From NCBI RefSeq assembly GCF_000027325.1, contig NC_000908.2:1-32000 (forward strand): DNA of 32,000 bases. The letters run 5' to 3'. The translations under genes were made by a program, and so were the position numbers. Below, in pieces: positions 23,559 to 32,000 of the stretch. Within the stretch, counting starts at the first letter, position 1. Each line of letters starts with the position of its first letter. The DNA comes from Mycoplasmoides genitalium G37 (GTDB lineage Bacteria > Bacillota_I > Bacilli_A > Mycoplasmatales > Mycoplasmoidaceae). The notes beneath the pieces are model-generated. The model was not told where the DNA came from and did not search any database. It worked only from the letters and a program-made list of their open reading frames with translations.

Positions 23559-24467
23559 TGTAAAAGGTTATCTAAATGTTGGTGATAACCATCAACTTTA
23601 TTACTGAACACAAGGAAATCCTAATGGTAAACCGGTTTTGTATATCCATGGCGGACCTGGTTCTGGTACTGATGAAGGATGTTTAAAGTATTTTGATCTT
23701 GAAACAACTTGGATTATTTTATTAGATCAAAGAGGTTGTGGTAAGAGTAAGACTAATGATATCTTTTATGAAAATAACACTGATAAATTAGTTAGTGATT
23801 TTGAAATTTTACGTCAAAAATTAAACATTAAAAACTGAACACTCTTTGGTGGTAGTTGGGGTTCTGCACTTGCTTTAGTTTATGCAATTAAACACCCACA
23901 AGTAGTTGATAAGATCTTTTTAAGAGCACTTTTTTTAGCTAGAGAAAAAGACTGATCTGAAGCTTTAATGGGATTAGGAAAAATGTTTTATCCTTATGAA
24001 CACCAACGCTTTATGGATAGTATTCCTAAAGCTTATCAGAACAGTTATGAACAAATTGTTAACTACTGTTATGATCAATTTCAAAATGGTGATGAATCAA
24101 CCAAAGAAAAACTTGCTAAAGCTTGGGTGGATTGAGAATCAACATTACTTTCACCTATTAACAAAATTCATTCAACAGCAACAGACTTTAAATTAGTTGA
24201 AAAACTAGCTTTATTGGAATGTCACTATGCAGTTAATAAAAGTTTTTTGGATGAAAACTTCATTCTAGATAACATTAGTGTTCTTAAAAATAAAAGTATT
24301 TATTTGGCTCATGGTAGATTTGATCTGATCTGTCCTTTATATCAACCATTAGCATTAAAACAAGCATTCCCTGAATTACAACTTTATGTAACCAATAATG
24401 CTGGTCATAGTGGTAGTGATGCTAATAATTTAGCAACTATAAAACACCTTTTAAAAACTTACCTTTA

Positions 24468-24468
<1 letters not shown>
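23542..24468 (+). CDS. pip: Proline iminopeptidase-like alpha/beta hydrolase, 308 aa
   Basis: [69 protein letters not shown] (GGSWGS nucleophile elbow); ends TAATG. Confidence 0.9.
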
Positions 24469-26006
<1,538 letters not shown>

Positions 26007-26035
26007 GAAAAGTAGTATTAGAATTTTATTGATTT

Positions 26036-26473
26036 ATGCAATTAGAGTACCTCAATCTTATTTCTCAAGCTAAAGTTATTGCAGAAAAACAATTTAAAGC
26101 TAACCCTTTTTCTTTTGAAACAATTTGAAAAGAAGTAGTTAAACATTTCAAGATTTCAAAACAAGATGAACCAAGCTTAATTGGTCGTTTTTATCAAGAT
26201 TTTCTTGAGGATCCTAACTTTGTCTATTTAGGTGATAGAAAATGAAAACTTCGTGATTTTATGAAGTTTGATGAATGGAACAAGATATCACAATCTATGT
26301 TTGTTACAAAGGAGATTTTTGAAGAAGGTTATGAAGATCTTTCCAATAAAAAAGTAGAACCTGAGGAAGGAGTTGGTGATTTCATTATGGGAAATGATGG
26401 TGATGACAATGAAACTGGCAGTGAAATAGTACAAGGTTTAATTAATGATTCATTCAGTGAGGAAAATCAATAG
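26036..26473 (+). CDS. rpoE: DNA-directed RNA polymerase subunit delta, 145 aa
   Basis: MQLEYLNLISQAKVIAEKQFKANPFSFETIWKEVVKHFKISKQDEPSLIGRFYQDFLEDPNFVYLGDRKWKLR then an acidic tail; TGA=Trp. Confidence 0.85.
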
Positions 26474-26478
26474 TAGAT

Positions 26479-27345
26479 ATGCTTGTTAACTTTAAATTGA
26501 TGCTTCAAAAAGCAAAGCTAGGTAAATATGCAATCCCTCACATTAACATCAATAACTATGAATGGGCCAAAGCTGTTTTAACAGCAGCAAATCAAGCTAA
26601 TAGCCCAATTATTGTTTCAGTATCTGAAGGTGCTTTAAAGTACATGTCTGGTTATAGTGTTGTTATCCCGCTTGTTAAGGGTTTAATTGAATCACTAAGT
26701 GTTAAAGTACCAGTGACATTACATTTAGATCATGGTAGTTATGATGCATGTATCCAAGCATTACAGGCTGGATTTAGTTCAGTAATGTTTGATGGTTCAC
26801 ATTTACCATTTGAAGAAAATTTCAATAAATCTAAAAAGTTAATAGAGATAGCACAAAAAACAAATGCTTCTGTTGAACTTGAAGTTGGTACTATTGGTGG
26901 AGAAGAAGATGGTGTTATAGGACAAGGTGAGTTAGCTAATGTTGATGAATGTAAACAAATCGCTAGTTTAAAACCAGATGCTTTAGCAGCAGGAATTGGT
27001 AATATCCATGGTATCTATCCTAAGAATTGAAAAGGATTAAACTTTCCTTTGATTGAAACAATATCAAAAATTACTAACTTACCCTTAGTTTTACATGGTG
27101 GCTCTGGAATCTTAGAAAATGATGTTAAAAAAGCAATTAGTTTAGGGATTTGCAAACTAAATATTAATACTGAGTGTCAATTAGCATTTGCACATGAAAT
27201 TAGAAAATACATTGAATCAAATAAAGACTTGGATCTTAACAAAAAAGGTTATGATCCTAGAAAACTTTTAAAAGAACCTACTCAAGCAATTGTTGATACT
27301 TGCTTGGAAAAGATTGATTTGTGTGGTTCTAGAAATAAAGCATAG
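26479..27345 (+). CDS. fba: Class II fructose-bisphosphate aldolase, 288 aa
   Basis: KYAIPHININNYEW, THLDHGSYDACIQALQAGFSSVMFDGSHLP, GEEDGVIG, LVLHGGSGI; one TGA(Trp) joins 26479-27030 to 27049-27345. Confidence 0.95.
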
Positions 27346-28449
27346 ATGTTAAGTGCAGGGATAGTTGGTTTACCTAATGTTGGTAAGTCAACTTTATTTA
27401 GTGCTATTACTAATTTGCAAGTTGAAATAGCAAACTATCCTTTTGCAACTATAGAACCTAATACTGGCATTGTTAATGTTAGTGATGAGAGATTAGATAA
27501 ATTAGCTAGCTTAATTAATCCTGAAAAGATAGTTTATACAACCTTTCGTTTTGTTGATATAGCAGGTCTTGTTAAAGGCGCCAGTCAAGGTCAAGGATTG
27601 GGTAATCAATTCTTAGCAAACATCCGTGAAGTGGATTTAATTTGTCATGTTGTAAGATGTTTTCAAGATAAAAAAATTGTTCATGTTAACAATACAATAG
27701 ATCCTGTTTTTGATTTTGAAATTATTGTTAATGAACTAATCCAAGCTGATTTTGAATTAATAACAAACAGAATCGGCAAGCTTAAAAGAAAAGCTGAATC
27801 AGGTGATAAAATCGCTAAAGAAGAGTTTGTATTACTTGAAATTGTTTTAAATGGATTAAAACAAGGTCAAATGCCCATTCAGACTCTAAGTGAAAGTGAA
27901 TTGAAAACAATTAAATCACTTAATCTATTAACAGCTAAACCTATTCTAATAGTAGCCAATGTATCTGAGAATGACTTATTAAACCTTGATAATAATGAAG
28001 CTTTAAAAAAATTGAATGCTTTTCTTGATCAAAAAAAGATTCCCAAGGCAATCACAGTTTGTTCTTTAATTGAAAAAGAATTAAGCGGTTTGAAATTAGA
28101 ACAACGTCAATACTTTTTGGATGAACTTGGCTTAAAAAATTATTCAGGTTTAAACCGAGTAATTCAAGCTGCATATCAAACTTTAAACCTTTGGTCTTTT
28201 TTTACTTTTGGTAAAAAAGAAGTTAGAGCATGAACATTTAAAAAGGGTTGAAATGCTCCTCAGTGTGCTGGGCAAATTCATTCTGATTTTGAAAAAGGAT
28301 TTATTAAAGTTGAAGTAATTAGTTGAGATCAATTGTTTGCAATGAAATCTTTACAAGAAGCTAAAAAACAAGGTTTGATAAGATTGGAAGGCAAAAATTA
28401 CTTAATAAAAGATGGTGATGTTTGTAACTTTAAATTTAACGTCACTTAA
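27346..28449 (+). CDS. ychF: Redox-regulated ATPase YchF (Obg/OLA1 family), 367 aa
   Basis: MLSAGIVGLPNVGKSTLFSAITNLQVEIANYPFATIEPN, FVDIAGLVKGASQGQGLGNQFLANIRE; C-terminal TGS-like region after TGA(Trp) codons. Confidence 0.95.
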
Positions 28450-28632
28450 AAATTAATCTATTTTCAAAATGAGTTTTTTCAACATTTATTAATTAAAAAT
28501 TAATGCTTTTTAAAGTTGAATCTTAATTCATTTTTCAATACTTTTTTAGGCTTCCTATTCTTTAATTAAATTAATACGCTTTTCTAAAAGTAAAAGTTAA
28601 GAAAAGTACTTTTATTCAAACAAAAACGTTTT

Positions 28633-28638
28633 TATAAT
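28633..28638 (+). promoter_or_regulatory. Candidate -10 box (TATAAT) for the glycosyltransferase gene
   Basis: TTTATAATTT ending 13 nt before the GTG start at 28652, in a 202-nt intergenic region. Confidence 0.4.
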
Positions 28639-28651
28639 TTTAGAGATAGTT

Positions 28652-29548
28652 GTGCCAAGTAAGTATTTATTCACCGTTATAATTCCAACATACAATTGTT
28701 GTCAATACATAAAAAAGGCATTAGATTCATTGCTTTTACAGAATGAATATTTTTTAAAAACACAAGTACTAATAGTTAACGATGGTTCACTAGACAATAC
28801 TAAGGAAGTTGTTAGTGACTATTTAATAAAGTACTCCAATATTAGTTATTTTGAAAAAACTAATGGTAATTGGGGTAGTGTTATTAACTATGTTAAAAAA
28901 AATAAATTAGCCTTAGGTCAATATATTACTGTTTTAGATAGCGATGATTATTTTTTAAAAGATAGTTTTAAAAAAGTGGCTCGTTTCTTTGGCCATGACA
29001 TGATCATTGGCGCTTTTTATTGTTATATTAATGAAAATAAAACTCGTTTTTTAAAACCTTATTTCGGTAAGACTGGTGTTATTAAAGAACATACCAAATT
29101 AAGAACCCCCCATTCCCAACCTATTGCTAAATTTTACAGTAATAAACTTTTCTATGAACTACATGATCTTAAGGAAAAGTTATTCTTCCAGGATTGTTTA
29201 ATGTATCACGATGCTATTAACAGAGTTGAAAGTGTTTTTTATTTGCGAGAGCCTTTAGCAGTTTGGTTTTCTACAAGACCTGGCAATTCTACAACAACTT
29301 CTTGAGAAAATCCAAATAAATTTAATGCTTGGTGTGAAATTCTCCAAAAAATGAATTTGTATGGAGCTGGGATAGTAATCTACATCTATACTATGCTACC
29401 TGGATTTCTAAAACAACTAAAGAAAAAACAACTAATACTGAATTTGAACCATAAACCAGCTTACACTTGATTACCTAAACCTTTAGCGTTTATTTTTGGT
29501 GGTTTAATGGCATTTAAAACCAGAAAATACATTAAATATCCTAAGTAA
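28652..29548 (+). CDS. Family 2 glycosyltransferase, 298 aa (MG_025-like)
   Basis: FTVIIPTYNCCQYIKKALDSLLLQ, LIVNDGSLDNTKEV, VLDSDDYFLKDSF (DxD); GTG start; single TGA(Trp) joins fragments; TAA 29546-29548. Confidence 0.9.
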
Positions 29549-29551
29549 TTT

Positions 29552-30124
29552 ATGGCAGAAATGATAGAAGCAAAAAATCTTCGTAATGGGCAAACCATCT
29601 TCGGTCCTAACAAAGAGATTTTATTAGTACTGGAAAATACATTTAACAAAACCGCAATGCGCCAGGGAATTGTTAAAACTAAAGTTAAAAACTTAAGAAC
29701 TGGGGCTATTGTTTGGCTTGAATTTACTGGTGACAAATTAGAACAAGTAATTATTGATAAGAAAAAAATGAATTTCTTATACAAAGATGGTAATAACTTT
29801 GTTTTTATGGATCAAAAAGACTACAGTCAGATTGAGATTAATGAAAAAAAATTAGAGTGGGAAAAAAATTTCATTACTGAAGAAATTGAAGTTACTGTTA
29901 TTACTTATCAAGATGAAATTCTAGGAGTTAATTTACCTGATTTAGTTCCTATTGAAGTTGAGTTTGCTGAAGATGCTATTCAGGGCAATACTGCTAACAT
30001 GGCAAGAAAAAAAGCACGCCTTGTAACTGGTTATGAACTTGATGTACCCCAATTTATTAATACTGGTGATAAGATTGTAATTGCCACTGTTGATGGCAAT
30101 TACCGTGAAAGGTTTAACAAATAA
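29552..30124 (+). CDS. efp: Elongation factor P, 190 aa
   Basis: MAEMIEAKNLRNGQTIFGPNKEILLVLENTFNKTAMRQGIVKTKVKNLRTGAI...; KARLVTGYELDVPQFINTGDKI. Confidence 0.93.
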   Translation: MAEMIEAKNLRNGQTIFGPNKEILLVLENTFNKTAMRQGIVKTKVKNLRTGAIVWLEFTGDKLEQVIIDKKKMNFLYKDGNNFVFMDQKDYSQIEINEKKLEWEKNFITEEIEVTVITYQDEILGVNLPDLVPIEVEFAEDAIQGNTANMARKKARLVTGYELDVPQFINTGDKIVIATVDGNYRERFNK

Positions 30125-30548
30125 ATTAACTAGAACCCAAAGACGAATTGCTGTAGTGGAATTTATCTTTTCTCTCCTCTTTTTCTTACCTAAAGAAGCT
30201 GAAGTTATTCAAGCAGATTTTTTAGAGTATGATACTAAAGAACGACAACTAAATGAATGACAAAAACTAATTGTTAAAGCATTTAGTGAAAATATCTTCT
30301 CTTTTCAAAAGAAAATTGAAGAACAACAATTGAAAAATCAATTAGAAATTCAAACTAAATACAATAAAATATCAGGAAAAAAGATTGATCTTTTAACTAC
30401 TGCAGTTGTTTTATGTGCACTTAGTGAACAAAAGGCACATAATACTGATAAACCACTTTTAATTAGTGAGGCATTGTTGATTATGGATCATTATTCACAA
30501 GGTGCTGAAAAAAAACAAACTCATGCTTTATTAGATAAGCTCTTGTAA
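30093..30548 (+). CDS. nusB: NusB-like transcription antitermination factor, 151 aa
   Basis: ATG at 30093 inside efp: MAITVKGLTNKLTRTQRRIAVVEFIFSLLFF...LLTTAVVLCALSEQKAHNTDKPLLISEALLIMDHYS; size and fold-like pattern fit NusB but identity is moderate. Confidence 0.65.
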
Positions 30549-31153
30549 TGAAACGTAACTGAAGACAACACTATAATGTTTTTTTAGCTAATCTAGTTTT
30601 AGTATTTGGCTTTGCTTTAAATATTTTGGTTGCAAAACAATCTTTAAATAACACAACGCCCCAGTTCAGGTTTTTGTTTGTAACTCCTTTTCTTGGCGTT
30701 GTCATAGGTGCTGTTCTCTATTTTTTTGATGTTAAGTGGTTTTTAATTGACTATCCATACAAGAAATTTCACTTTCAAAAAAAATGAGCAATTGTTTATT
30801 TATCAGGGGTTATTGTATTTTTTTTAAATGTTTTAATTGGAGTAGTTTTACTTGTTGTAATGGTTAATTACATTACTAACCAAATTCTTGAAAGGGAATA
30901 TGAAAGATTATTTACAAATTCATTACCTTATTTATGATCAACAACAGGAACTAGTATTGTTTTAAGTCTTATTAGTATAGGAATGAGTAAAACTGCACAT
31001 TTTTTTATTGATATAGAGATTTTGAAAGCCAAAAAAGGAGAACCCACTGATCCTAATAAAACTGATAATAGAGCAGTTGTTATTAATCTTGATGAGAATA
31101 AAAAGAATGAAAAAGAACAGTCCCCTCCTTCTGCAGAAATGACTAGTCTTTAA
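30548..31153 (+). CDS. Predicted multi-pass membrane protein, 201 aa (MG_028-like), function unknown
   Basis: MKRNWRQHYNVFLANLVLVFGFALNILVAKQ...FLFVTPFLGVVIGAVLYFF...AIVYLSGVIVFFLNVLIGVVLLVVMVNYI...; starts TAATG on the nusB stop; charged C-terminal tail. Confidence 0.8.
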
Positions 31154-31703
31154 TTTCACTACCAAATAACCTTTTATGAACAAGCTCATTTAAAGTGTTA
31201 TCTTTTAAAAAAGTGCACACAATAACTGTTGCAAATTCCAAAGCACAACCAGCACTTCTTGCTGTTATTAATTTATTTGCTACTGTTACTTTTGCTGTTG
31301 ATCTGTTTTCAGACATAACTAAATTTGGGTTTGGAAAAGAAGAATAGATCTCATCTTTAGTGATAATACCATGTTTAAATAGAACATTCGGTGTGTCACA
31401 AATAGCAAAAAGATAAAGGTTATTTACTTTGAAATAATTAATTGTTTTAAGCAGTTTTTCATCTTTATCTAAGTGTTTTGTAGCTCCTATTCCACCGGGA
31501 ATATAAACTGCATCAAATTCTGATAAGTTAATGGTGTTGACAATATTGTTAACTTCAACAACACCATTACTAGCAGTTATCTTTTTTAATGAATGGTGAT
31601 AACATGTTGTTTGTATTGTTTTAATGAAACTAAATACAACCATTACATTAGTATATTCAACATCATTCATCTCTGGATAGACAATAACAAGTATCTTTTT
31701 CAT
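31143..31703 (-). CDS. DJ-1/PfpI family protein, 186 aa (MG_029-like)
   Basis: MKKILVIVYPEMNDVEYTN...FDAVYIPGGIGATKHL...YLFAICDTPNVLFKHGI (nucleophile-elbow Cys). Internal Met at 31703 preferred over track start 31742, which would overlap upp. Confidence 0.85.
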   Translation of the reverse strand: MKKILVIVYPEMNDVEYTNVMVVFSFIKTIQTTCYHHSLKKITASNGVVEVNNIVNTINLSEFDAVYIPGGIGATKHLDKDEKLLKTINYFKVNNLYLFAICDTPNVLFKHGIITKDEIYSSFPNPNLVMSENRSTAKVTVANKLITARSAGCALEFATVIVCTFLKDNTLNELVHKRLFGSEIKD

Positions 31704-31704
31704 T

Positions 31705-32000
31705 TTATTTAGTACCAAATAAACGGTCCCCAGCATCACCAAGACCAGGGATTATGTATCTATTGTCATTTAACTTTTCATCAATTGCTGCAAGAAATAT
31801 ATCAACATGAGGATGCATTTTTTCTACTTTATTAATTCCTTCAGGTGCTGCTACTATAGCAATAACACTAATTTTGATAGGTTTATCTTCTTTAATAGAT
31901 TTAATAGCAGTTAACAATGTAGTTCCAGTAGCAAGCATAGGATCAAGAATAATAACATGTGAATCAGAGATGTTTTCAGGCATCTTTTTATAGTATGAAA
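31705..32000 (-). CDS. upp: Uracil phosphoribosyltransferase, C-terminal part (5' end outside window)
   Basis: ...[35 protein letters not shown]...[49 protein letters not shown]; frame open through the window edge. Confidence 0.93.
   Translation of the reverse strand, partial: SYYKKMPENISDSHVIILDPMLATGTTLLTAIKSIKEDKPIKISVIAIVAAPEGINKVEKMHPHVDIFLAAIDEKLNDNRYIIPGLGDAGDRLFGTK

Noticed and set aside
29461-29784. Minus-strand 107 aa ORF over the glycosyltransferase/efp junction
   Set aside because: Antisense to two well-supported genes with no domain signal.
31704-31742. N-terminal extension of the DJ-1/PfpI ORF ([13 protein letters not shown])
   Set aside because: It would overlap the end of upp, and the following MKKILVIVYPEM is a typical family N-terminus.

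Overview
This window reads as the start of a Mycoplasma genitalium-type chromosome. Gene content and order match my recall of the G37 region MG_001 to MG_030; this is recall, not a database search. TGA is read as Trp (translation table 4), so most of the 'separate' ORFs in the supplied track are fragments of intact genes. I joined them by hand and checked frames and stop codons. Contents: an AT-rich, palindrome-rich origin-side intergenic region; dnaN, a J-domain protein, gyrB, gyrA, serS, tmk, a holB-like gene, mnmE and tatD; a TOPRIM-only DnaG-like protein; a minus-strand island (two ATP-grasp/RimK-like paralogs, folD, tRNA-Ala, tRNA-Ile); a heterodimer-type ABC exporter pair; a SWIM+SNF2 helicase; dnaJ preceded by a CIRCE-like element; pip, metG, rpoE, fba, ychF, a family 2 glycosyltransferase, efp, nusB, a membrane protein, a DJ-1/PfpI protein and partial upp. 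I see no CRISPR array, transposon, prophage or evident defence island. The best candidates for follow-up are the folD/ATP-grasp/ATP-grasp operon, the DnaG-like TOPRIM orphan, the near-perfect palindromes upstream of dnaN, and the CIRCE-like element abutting the dnaJ start codon.
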